This document shows positions 1 to 11,086 of a DNA stretch of 58,073 bases, one piece after another. A model generated the notes under the pieces. That model was not told the DNA's origin, did not search any database, and was given only the letters and a program-made list of their open reading frames with translations. The position numbers were made by a program, and so were the translations under genes. Location of the stretch: NCBI RefSeq assembly GCF_016433145.1, contig NC_058132.1:67564828-67622900 (forward strand), given 5' to 3'. This DNA comes from Gracilinanus agilis (taxonomy: Eukaryota). Positions within the stretch are counted from its first letter, which is position 1, and each line of letters begins with the position of its first letter.

Positions 1-699
1 AGCTGCTGCTAACAATATAATGTCATTTAATTTTAAGACACTTTATGCTTTTTATGGTGTTTACTCCTATGTTGTGTCACTTAATTCCAACAAGTTCATA
101 GAACAATATTTTCTTTTATGGCTTGGGAAATTAAGTTGCTGAGATATTAATGCCATTAGCTCAGGGCCAGGGGTATTTCCCAGGCTTCCTGATTTGTTCA
201 TCATTGTGATGATTTTGATTTTGATCATTGTGATGATTTTGAATTTGATTATCCTGTGCATGAGGGCATATAATATTTGTGAAGCCATCCATGCTCTCTA
301 AATATTACCTTCACATTTTTTTCTACCTCTGATTGGACCAAAGTTGGCACTTAATGTCTCCTATGTTATTACCATGTTATGGTTACTTGTGTAAGTCTTC
401 TATTTTCCTTTCTATGGTATGTTTCATGAGGATAGGGAATTTTGTCTTTCCCCGCCCTACCTAATGCTTGCATTTTAATTTAATTAAATGGAATTTTTGA
501 AATGCCAAACTAAGTTTTTGGTAGTATAAGCCAAAAACAGTGTATCATAACATCTCTTTACTACCACTAGTACATTTTTTCCTCAAGACTCTGCAAGTTG
601 TTATTGGGGATGTAGACACTAAAAGATAACTCTAGTCCAACTATCAGTAATATGGAATTAGGTCTTAAACAATGATACCTGTAAAACCCAGTGGAATTG

Positions 700-1865
700 T
701 GCATCAGCTAAGGGGTGTTGGGGGGTTTGAAGGAGAGGGAAAGAACATGAAATATGTAACTATGGGGAAATATTCAAAATAAAAATTTTTTAAAAGATTG
801 CAAGTTGGAGAAACTGGGCTTGTAGATGTATCTTAAAAGTTAAAACTTCCCTTTTTATGTAGATGAAAATTTTGGAAAATCTTATATTTGTTGAAAACTC
901 AAAAAAACTTTTTTAAAGATTTTTACAAGGTTGTTCTTTTGTATAAGTTATTTTATAGTCTTCAGGATTCTTGATAAGAAAAGAAGATGGTATTACTGCT
1001 TTAATCATTTTGTTCCAAAATGCTCTTGATATGAAGCTAATATAAGAAGATTATGAAAAACTAGCCACATACTATCATGGCTTGTCAGTACAATATAATT
1101 AGATGAAAGAATTTGGATAAAAATATTTTGGCAAATGAACAGTGAGTGAGAGGAGATTCAATGGGGCTAAATATAAAGACCTACCCTTGGGTAGTTGATT
1201 TTTTAAAAAACTTAAGTATAAGCTAGGAGAAGTGTGGCAGTTTATTGGGGGGGGGGGAATCTAGGACTTCTAGTGGTCTACAGGTTAAACATTAGTCTGT
1301 AATACAATGTATAGCCAAAAAAAAAAGCCAATGTGATTATAACCTTAATTGAGAAGCATAATGTATAGAATGAAAGAGGTGACATAGTTGCTATACTCTG
1401 CCCTATTCAGACCACAACTGTAATGTTAAGCTTATTTGGGGAACCATATTTTGGATAGGCATGTGCCAAGTTGGAGGACACCTAGAGGAGATTGACCAGT
1501 TGGTACAGGATTGCAAAACCTCATATCACAAGAATTGGTTGAAAGAACTAGTTATATGTATCCTGGAGAAGACTCAAAGGAAGGACACAATCACCAAAAA
1601 CAGACTTATTCTTGTAATAGACTTACTACATCAGAAGATAGACTGAAGACCAATAGGTGGAAGATACAGGAAGCAGATGTACATGAACTTCCCAAGCAGA
1701 GATGTCTAAAAAAGGAATAGGCTGCTTAAAGGGATGACAATTCCCTTGGCACTGGAAGAGTTTGAGGGACCACTTGTGTAAGGTTTTGTAGTGGATAATC
1801 ACATCCCAGATGGGAAGTGGTGATGGACTAGGTTATCCCTAAAGTTCCTTCCAACTCTGAATCTT
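700..1865 (+). mobile_element. Degraded L3/CR1 LINE 3' fragment
   Basis: Residual ORF YHKNWLKELVICILEKTQRK resembles CR1 YEERLKELGLFSLEKRRLRG. Ends with the L3-type tail gttccttccaactctgaat. Confidence 0.7.
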
Positions 1866-2689
1866 TAATAATTTTTCTTCTCTCAGAGCTTTGCTTCTAT
1901 TTGTCTTCACAAATACCCCTCCCCATATTTATAATGTTCTCTTTCTATGTAGAGTGGCAGGGTAGTAATGCTGAAGATATATAAAACTTGGCTCTGAGAT
2001 ATTAGTCCTGGATTAAAACCAAATACGATGTGTTAAACAACACATGGTGAAAGCATGGACCATATTATTATGATGCCAGACAGAGCTGAATTAGAACCTT
2101 GGGAGGGGGTGTGGATACACATGTACGATGATGCTTTTAACACAACTGTGAAGCAAAATATTTTGTCACACTCCTCTGTGTTGACAGATTTGGGTCTACC
2201 ATCTGCTCTTATACCACATTGTCTGGCTCAGAGCAGCAGTGACAGTCACCCAAGAGTAGCAGGGACTTGTAAGAACTCGGCAATCTCTCACTGAGTGGCA
2301 TGGTAGATTCGTGTCTTTCTGAGCAATCATTTGTTGATTGATTTCTTTGATGGGGAAAGACAATGACAAGAATATCTTTCATTTGCCTCTGAATGCTATA
2401 TGCATGTAGTACTGATGCTCTCAATGTTGTAAGTAACAGCTTACACTTACATAATATTCTGCAGCTACTGAGACCTATAAAACCATTATTTCATTTGACC
2501 CTCCTAAAATCCCACCTCGTACTTTCATGAGTGAGGAAGCAGAGACTTCGAGTGGTTAAGTGGCTTGCCAGTAGTCAGGCAGCTATTAAGTAGTAGAGAA
2601 AACTTAAACCCCCAGGACCTGTGGCTGTTTCTGTTATGCCATTGAGTATTTTTATAAAATTATTCTTTTATTCTAAATAATAGAGCTGG

Positions 2690-2920
2690 CATTTAGGGAG
2701 TTCTTTAAGATTTATAATGTTCATTACATATATTATTTCATTTCTTCTTCATAATCTATGAAGTAGTAGTTCAGGTATTAACTCCATTTTATAGATGAAG
2801 AAACTGAGGCTTAGAGAGTTTAAATAATTTGCCCAATGACACCAAATAGTAAATGATAAAGATAGGGTTCACATATGACCCTTATAATTACTAAATCCAT
2901 TGCTTTTTCCACTATATCAC
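2690..2920 (-). mobile_element. MIR/CORE-SINE
   Basis: ccattttatagatgaagaaactgaggc...tttgcccaa is the antisense CORE motif. Confidence 0.7.
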
Positions 2921-3009
2921 TGAGGAACTTTATTAGTTTCTCCTCTTTGTCTATTTTAACTTATATTAATATTAGAAGGTATAAAGTTATCTAGTTTAGC
3001 TGAAAGCAA

Positions 3010-3140
3010 CTAGGGAATGTGATAGATAGAGTGCCAGGCCCGGAGTCAAGAAGACTCATCTCTCTGAGTTCAAATCTGGCCCTAGATCCTTACTAGCTAT
3101 GTGACCCTGAGCAAGTCACTTAACTCCTTTTGCCTCCCCA
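3010..3140 (+). mobile_element. Marsupial CORE-SINE (MAR1/WSINE-like) 5' part
   Basis: tRNA-like head with gagttcaaatc B box, then tactagctatgtgaccctgagcaagtcacttaa. Confidence 0.65.
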
Positions 3141-3189
3141 CCCTACCTCCTCCCCAAATTGTTCATGCCCAGCTAACCATATTTCCTTT

Positions 3190-3375
3190 AGGGATAGCTA
3201 GGTAGCAAAGTGGATAGAGCACCAAGCCTGAAATTGTGAGGACATGGGTTTAAATCTAGCTATAGTCACTTCCTAGCTGTGTGATCCTGAGCAAGTCACT
3301 TAACTCCAGTTGCCTATCCCTTACTGCTATTCTGTCTTGGAATTGATACTAACACAGAAGGTAAGGGTTTAAAAC
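3190..3375 (+). mobile_element. SINE1 (opossum-type) copy
   Basis: tRNA head, core, and tail ...gaaggtaagggtttaaaa. Confidence 0.75.
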
Positions 3376-4747
3376 AAAGAAGTTATCTATTTCAGGTCTG
3401 CATTTAGAGATACTGAAAAGTAATAGGGATTTAGAAGTTGCATTAGGAATCTAGTTCACTGACAGATGCTAGAAATGGAGATAATTTAGACATGATCCCT
3501 ACCTTCCTAATGATTATAATCTAGCAGGAGGGAATAGAATACACACACATACACCTTCATGCAGAAAAATGTATGTATGTATATCTATCTAGACCTAACA
3601 ATAGTATAGACTAGAATATAAAAGGCCAAGCAAAGCTAAATGCTATAAATGTCAGAGGAGGGAAAACCAATTCTGCCTAGAGGGACCTTAATTTATAAAG
3701 ATCATTAAAATCTTCCCAAATCAGTCCAAGAATACTTCTGGGGGGAAATGGGATGATAGGACATTAGGTACCAAATATGTAAGGTGGTTGATTGAAGTGC
3801 TGAAAATTTTTGACATTTAAAACCTGACTCCAACTTGCCTTTCTAGGCTTATTAGACATTCCTCCCTTTTATGCACTCTGTAAATTCCAGTCAAATGGGC
3901 TTATTTAATGTTAGTGATACTCAGTGTTCTCTTCTCCATGCATTGGTATGTTCCATCCCCTAAGCCTAGAATATATTTCTCTCCATCTCTACCTCTTTAT
4001 ATCCCTTACTCCCTACAAACCTCACCACAAGAATCACCTCCTATGAAAGCTTTTCCTATTTTCCCTTCCCTTTTCTAAGCTAGTAGTAAGTATAATCCTT
4101 ACTAGTATTTTAATTTGCAAATTTATTTACTGTTTAGTAGTTTATGCATTATTCCTCCTGATACACTGAGCTTACTTTTGTCTTTTTATCTCTGACACCT
4201 GCCATAATGGAAATTATACCATACATGTAAATAAATAGAGTTCAGTGATAGAATACAATAGAGGCAAGAAGCACTAGAAAAATTTGAGGATAAGAATATT
4301 ACTTTCAACTAGGGACAACATTTCTCTTGTGCCTTAAGACATACCAAATACTTTTCTCATAATTCTTTAAGGTAGCTGGAACAATATTTTTATCCACATT
4401 TTACAGTTGAGGTAACTGACCCATCAAGTCATTCTGCTTTTAAGTATCTGAACTCAATCTCAATCCCAGATTTCTTGACTCCATGTCCAAGGCCCTTTCC
4501 ACTCTGCTATGGTGTCTGTCTCTTTATGGAAGGTATAGCACTTAAGCTGGGCCCTAAGGGCAGAAAAAATAGTAGGCATAGAATAGAAGAGAATGCATTT
4601 TGAAATGCTGCAATGAATGCACAGAGATAGAAGAGTAAAGGATAGAGTCAGGGTTGGTGGTTACTTTTAGCTGAAGCACAGAGTACATGAATGGGAGTAA
4701 TGACATGAAAAGGTGCTAGAAAGGTAGACTAGATATAGGTCCTAGAA

Positions 4748-4955
4748 CCATGTTGGTGAACCTATGGCACATGTGCTAGAGTGTGGCATGCCTTTTCCAT
4801 GCATGCCTGAGGTCCTTTCTCCCATCACCCACCCCTCTGCCCAGCAGCCCAGTGGAAGCGCTTCCTCTCTCCCCTGTCTGGGGTAAGGTGGGGGACTCAT
4901 GTGTTGTGAGGGTTGCAGTTTGGGCACTTGGTTTCTAAAAGGTTCACCATCACTG
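4748..4955. mobile_element. hAT-family MITE, 208 bp, inserted in an L2 relic
   Basis: 16-bp TIRs ccatgttggtgaacct / aggttcaccatcactg. 8-bp TSD tcctagaa / tcctagag (7 of 8 match). Confidence 0.85.
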
Positions 4956-5506
4956 TCCTAGAGGGCCTCATTGACCAGGCTGTGTGATCCTGTTTGTATT
5001 TCCTCCCACCCTTCTTTAAGCAATAGGGAAGATTTCTGGGAAAGGAAATGATATGGCTAATTTTTGGCGGTTCAATGAACAAAAGTTTAGAAAGGGGGAA
5101 AACTGGGAGCAAGAAGATAATCTTTAAAACATCGTGAAGCTATCATAATAGATAAGGCAAAGAGTTATAAGGACCTGAGTCAGGGGTGGCAATGTGAAAG
5201 TTACATAGCAGAGATATGGGGAGGTTGAATCAATAGCCAGTCAACTAGAAGTTAATAAGGTCCTATGTTCCAGGCAGGATTTGGCAATCGATTAGATGTG
5301 AGGTAAGGGAGAAAGAGGAGTCAATGATAGGGTAGGAAGAAAAGCCACATTTCAAATGGAAAGATGAGTTAAGTTTTTGGACAAATATACCATAACATAG
5401 CCTGAATAAGTATGGCTATGAAGATCATGGTTCCATTGTCCAGTGATTTTTGAAATGGTGCATCATGACTCTTGCCTTCCCTTTACTTCTCCTCTTCTCT
5501 GTCCAG

Positions 5507-5718
5507 CTGGAGCAGTAGAGACACCAGACCGGAGCCCTCGGCCTACCTCAGCACCAGCCATTGCTCAGAGCCATGGTCCAGAAGTCAGCTTCCCTGGGAC
5601 CTCTAATGGCAAGAAACCTTCAGTTTCTAAAGTGCAGAAGGAAACTGTGAAGGTAGAGATAAAGAAGGAAGAAGTGGAACCTGAACAAGTAGAACCAGAG
5701 CCAACTGAAGAATGGAAG
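5507..5718 (+). CDS. EPB41: Protein 4.1R exon 13 (U2/16-kDa region), 212 nt, phase 1 to 0
   Basis: Pyrimidine tract then ccag|CT acceptor; AAG|gtataa donor. Encodes AGAVETPDRSPRPTSAPAIAQ...KETVKVEIKKEE...EPEPTEEWK, matching the recalled 4.1R DRSPRPTSAPAI and EPEPTEAWK motifs. Confidence 0.95.
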
Positions 5719-7574
5719 GTATAAATGTTAAATCAGTTTGGCATTTCCCCAGAATGCCTTCTCCCTGGGCTTGTTTTAATTGACTGATGATGTTAGGGCA
5801 CTTACTTTGTTTTTCTTTTTGATTCAGTGGATGTAATGAGGAGAAATTCAACTCAGAATTTTAGAGCTGGAAGCAGTATTATAGACCATCTAGTCCAGTG
5901 CATCTTAAGCTTCTTTGTGCTCTTTTGTCAATCTGAAGTCTGAGGACCCATTTTCAGAATCATGTTTTCTAAGATAAAGTAAAAATTTATTTCCTTTAGA
6001 AAGGAAATCAATCAAGCTAAAATATGATTATCAAAATACTTTTTTTAAAGAGCACCCTGAACTAGTCCAACTCCTTAATTTTACATAAAATTCCATCATT
6101 TTACATAGCTATTGTGTAATAGCTTTATTGAATCAAAACTGAGGCCAAAGGAGATGAAGTAATTTGTCCATAGTCACATGGCACATAAAAGGCAGAGCTG
6201 GGACTAAAACCCAGGTTTCCTGACTCCTGGCCTAGAATACTTTCTCCTTGTACTTCCATCTGTCATTAGACCCTTCTCATTTTTTTCTTCTTTTCTTCTG
6301 ACATAATTGTGACATCAAGGGAAAGGATTCCTTAAAAATTTTATTTATATCTTTTGCTTTAACAAATCTTAGATTTCCTGCTGTATCCCCTACCTTCTCA
6401 CCTAGAGACATTCCTTTCAAAATCAAATTTTTAAAGAAAAGAAATAAAAATAGGGAGAAAATAATTCAGCAAAATCAATCAGTACATCAAAAAACATCTT
6501 ATATGCACTATTTCATATATGTGGACCTCTGCATCTTTGCCACCATCATCTATATAATAGGAAAGGGGGGAAAATGTCATAAGGGTCCTTTTTTAAGGCT
6601 TGAAAATACCTGTATGGGTGAAGATAGCATAGTTGTTCCAGATTAAGATTTATTTTTCCACTTGATGCAAAAAGCCAGCATATAAAGCTTCAAATTTATA
6701 AAAGTAAATGATTATTTGATTTACAAAAAGATTCATGATATACAACTTTCCAGTGGACATTCTTTGAGTAGTAAAGTTTAGACTATTTTAAAGTAATCCA
6801 GTTTACATACAGCTTTTCCAGAGCATGTTTACTTCATAAATCAAGGTCTACTTTTATGTTGAGTTTTTAAGATTTGCCTTACCAGTGAGGAGAAGCTGCT
6901 CTTGAATTTGTTCATGGCTTTGAATTGATTGTCTTCAGTCATCTAGGGTATCAGGAAGGAATTGGGGTAACCTTGTACATGTTGACAGGACTGTTTAATA
7001 TGTATAAGCAATGCTGGGCCTGAGGTGTTCATTTTACTTTATGGAGGAGGTACAAATCCCAATATTAATAACATGAAGTATGAGAGGAGAATGTGTTGAT
7101 CTTTTTAAGAAGATATTTTAAATTTTATCAACTAGCTAAGAAATCTAATATCCATTAGACTCCCTCAGGAAGTTTTACCACCATGGCAATTTAATTAACC
7201 TTGTCCTTTTAGTGCTAATTCATCATCCAGTGGGCTGATCAGACTGTCTTGCTTTAGACTCATAGTATCACAGAATTTTAGACCTGAAAATGAACCTTGG
7301 AGTTTATGTAGTGTAACCCCTTCATTTTAGAAGTCAGCAAAATGAGGTCCAAATAAGGGAGATAACTTGGCTAGGTCATGTGGCTGATAGGTTGCATGTC
7401 AGACACAGGTGTCTTGACTCTAAGGCTATTGTGCTTTATGCTGTATCACATGATATCAAAAGATATAATTGCAAGGAATTTTTGGCCTGTTTTTTGTACT
7501 TTGAGTTTAATTTGAGTCCAAAGAGAGAGAATGTACTGGCCATGCAAGCTTGTTGTGCCTACCTAGTTCAGTTC

Positions 7575-7790
7575 CTATGCCACTGGGTAGTACTCATCTT
7601 CCTGAGTGAAAATCTGGCTTCAGAAACTAGCTGTGTGACTCTGGGTAAGTCACTTAACCCTGTTGGCCTTAGTTTCCTAATCTGTAAAATGTGGTAGAGA
7701 AGGAAATAGCAAACTATTCCATTATCCCTTCCAAGAAAACCCCAAATGGGGTAATGAAAAGTCAGCAACAACCAAAGAAGTTCAATGTTA
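7575..7790 (+). mobile_element. MAR1-type SINE
   Basis: CORE followed by the tail gagaaggaaatagcaaac...aagaaaaccccaaatgggg...agtcagcaacaac. Confidence 0.75.
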
Positions 7791-9699
7791 GTAGTGCCAT
7801 TTTATCAGAGTATCACAGCAGACTATTTTTTTTTCTCATTGTACAACCTGGCATTTCTGACGACATTCCTCCATCCTTTACACCGACCGTCTGGAAAGTG
7901 TTACATTACAGTAGTTGGCAGGGAGCTTTGTTGGCAATGGCTGAAACTTCTCTGACCTTCCACTAATTTACTTATTCTCTGCCTGCCTGTAGGACAGACA
8001 CAATTATGTCTAAGAATAGCATCCCTTTGCTATTGTGACTGTAGCAGAGTAGGAAGAATTCTCCCTTGATATATGCCCCCATTTGAGTGATAGTACTGAA
8101 TCTTCTTGCCAATTAATTGTTATGTAAATGTACTTCAGGTAATCTCACTGTAATCAGTTGAAAACCATCTCTAATAATCCTCAGTTATCTTAATTGTTCC
8201 CCATATTAACAGTAACAACAAATTCTGTTCCTATTTTATTTGTACCAAATTAGAATTGTAGCACTGAGAAATCTGACATTCATCAAAATCACTTTTATTA
8301 TATAATCCAAGTAACACAATAGCTTTGTTGCATAGAGGAAAATTGTGTATATGAGATTGGGACAATACACTTAATAACAATGATAGATAAAAGTAGTTTG
8401 TCACTATGGATCAGTAGTCTCAGTATGCATTGATTGTATTATATACATTCATCACATTTAATATACATGGGCATAGGCAGAATTTCTCAGGATTAGTCAT
8501 TCTCCTATTAATCCCTAACACTTGAGCCTTGGTCCTACCTATATAGAAACAAAATGTACTTTTCTTCTATACATTACAGGAAATTTTAAAGCAAAAGCTA
8601 TAAATTATTCAAATATGCACAAATAATTTGGACATTCAAATGAATAGCTAACAATAACAACCATAATAGTAATTAACAGCCAAAAGCAATTTACTTGTAT
8701 GGCAGCATGCTGTGAATCATAGGTTGAGAGCTTCACGGGACCTTTAGAGGTCTTCTAGTACAACAAAATGAGGTTAAGTTTATAGTAAATAACAACTAGA
8801 ATTAATCCAATACATAAACTCTCCAGGTCTCAGTTTTCTCATCTGTAAAGTGAAGCAGCTGAACTAGAGAACATAGAAGGTCATCCCAGCTCTAGATCTG
8901 TGATCCTATGAATCACATCCCTTTCATTAAGTGCATGGGTTTTTGTGACCTAATAATCAGGATTACAGACTATTTACAGTATTTACTTCCACTGATATTA
9001 TTTTTAGTGTTGTAGGTAACTTCTCAGTGTGCTTATTTATAAATGAAAATTGTGTTTAGTCAGTGTCCATTTTAGGTTGGTGAATTTTATGATTTGATAT
9101 AACTGAGGTACAGTTATGGATTTTTAAAAATTGGTTAGCCAGCAAAAATTTTGTATTTCCTCTTTTGGCTTTAAATCATATTGTATGTCTGTGTTAAGTG
9201 TAAGTGTGAATTATTTGTCTCTCTGAAATATAATATATGTCATGCCTCAATTTTTTAGACCTATGAGATGATGATTTTTAAAAAAAAATATTTTCTGAAG
9301 TGCTTTCAGATTACTCAAAGAAACAAAGTCAACTCTGCCATGACAATGGCAATTTGATTAAGGCCTTGATTTTTGGTAATTACTAAGAGTCAACTTTTTC
9401 TTTAAAAAACTCACTTAAATATGCTCAAACTAAATGGAATAAATACCCGAATTCCTTTTTTTCTAAATCTGTTTTCTAAATGATTGTTTTGGCTTCAAAG
9501 GTGGGAAAGCGAACTGACAGAAAGCTGGGGAAGTGTGTGAGCCCCTCTCTTATAAGACCTTTCTCTAGACGTCATGATAATTATATATTAGATTGCGTTT
9601 TGCAACCAGTTAAAATGTTCAACTTATGGGTTGAAATGAAGCCATTCTTGAAAAGCCCACTAACCTGAAATGTTTTGCCACTTTATTTCTTAAATGTAG

Positions 9700-9756
9700 G
9701 TGGAAAAAACCCACATCGAGGTCACACCACCCACCATAAATGGTGACCAAATCCAG
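9700..9756 (+). CDS. EPB41: Protein 4.1R alternative exon 14, 57 nt
   Basis: tag|GTG acceptor, CAG|gtttgt donor. Encodes VEKTHIEVTPPTINGDQIQ (human recalled as VEKTHIEVTVPTSNGDQTQ). CACTAAC branch point at 9658-9664. Confidence 0.92.
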
Positions 9757-9922
9757 GTTTGTGCTGACAGTCGCTCATGCTCCTTTTAATTTTTTTCCTA
9801 CCCTTTTCCCCCTCCATCTTTTTTTTCCTTTTTTTAAAGGTTGTAAAATGAAGGTCCAAGCAAATTTAAATGAGCCAACTTTTTTATCATTTCTTTCTTT
9901 CTTTTTAATTACTGCAAAACAG

Positions 9923-9964
9923 CAACCTGCAGAAAAAACAGAAGATCTGATAAGAATGAGGAAG
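9923..9964 (+). CDS. EPB41: Protein 4.1R alternative exon 15, 42 nt
   Basis: cag|CAA acceptor, AAG|gttaga donor. Encodes QPAEKTEDLIRMRK (human recalled as KLAEKTEDLIRMRK). Confidence 0.92.
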
Positions 9965-10876
9965 GTTAGACTCTTTTCAATTTCACAGAGCAACATTACC
10001 ACTTTGCCCATGCTCACCTCGAGTGCATTAAAGAGACAATGGTCCATTCTTTTCATTGGCTTCTTGTTTGTTATTTGAGGGCTGTCCTTACCTCATTTTT
10101 GGGATGAATTATGCTCTTTCGTGAAGAACAATAATCAGCAGTGGAGACCAAAGGAAAAACTATACTTCATTCACCTTTTCATGAAATGTGTCAGCTAGTC
10201 ACATTTATTGGTGAAGTTACACAAATGCTTTTTTATTATTAACAGCATTTTATTCAAAGTTGTCAAAATCAGCATTAAGGCAGCAATTTCATGACATTGT
10301 CAGAAATTGTGGCTTTATTTACCTCTCCTTCCTTTGCCTTATTTTGCCAGTCTAATATAAGCAAGGTAAATACATTTTTTACTCAGGAGAAATATTGAAT
10401 GACATATATAATTCTTACACATCTGCCTCATACAAAACATTAGAGGTGTTTACCATGTAAATCTTGCAACCTGATGTTGAAAAAGAATCGAGAATCTTTC
10501 TGAGTATACATCCACACAGAGCTTCAAAGCTTTTTAAATTACTTTCATTTTTTCAATATTTGAAAGATCTTTGTGACTGTGAATGGGAAACATGTATTTG
10601 ATGTGTCAGAAGCCAATAAAACAAGGAGCACTGTTTGTTTAAGTGAAATCACCAATTCTTCCATCACTCATGAACAAGTTCACCCATTTTTTGGTGGTAA
10701 TTGTTTCTTCATTTGTCCTTGTGTTTTTCATGACCATTCCATGTTGTGCCATATGTTGTGTCCCAGATATTTGGTTTTAAAACATTTTTTGATTTGCCAA
10801 TTTGCGATTTTTTTCCCGCAAGAACAACATTTTAATTTTTTGTGCTTTTCTGTTTTTTTCCCCCTTTCATTTTCAC

Positions 10877-11016
10877 NNNNNNNNNNNNNNNNNNNNNNNN
10901 NNNNNNNNNNNNNNNNNNNNNNNNNNNNNNNNNNNNNNNNNNNNNNNNNNNNNNNNNNNNNNNNNNNNNNNNNNNNNNNNNNNNNNNNNNNNNNNNNNNN
11001 NNNNNNNNNNNNNNNN
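10877..11016. other. 140-N assembly gap, probably hiding EPB41 exon 16
   Basis: The N run directly follows the pyrimidine tract ttttttccccctttcattttcac and precedes three TGCATG motifs. No KKRERLDGENIYIRH-type coding sequence was seen elsewhere between exons 15 and 17. Confidence 0.85.
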
Positions 11017-11037
11017 CTCCTATGCTGCATTTGGTTT

Positions 11038-11086
11038 TGCATGCTCTTGCATGAGAAAATTTTAGATTTAAAAATGCTTTTGCATG
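11038..11086 (+). promoter_or_regulatory. Three RBFOX (UGCAUG) intronic splicing enhancers downstream of presumed exon 16
   Basis: TGCATG at 11038-11043, 11048-11053 and 11081-11086. RBFOX2 activation of 4.1R exon 16 through downstream UGCAUG repeats is established in placental mammals. Confidence 0.8.

Noticed and set aside
5896-6045. Possible ancient hAT/MER fragment
   Set aside because: Too degraded to define TIRs or family by eye.
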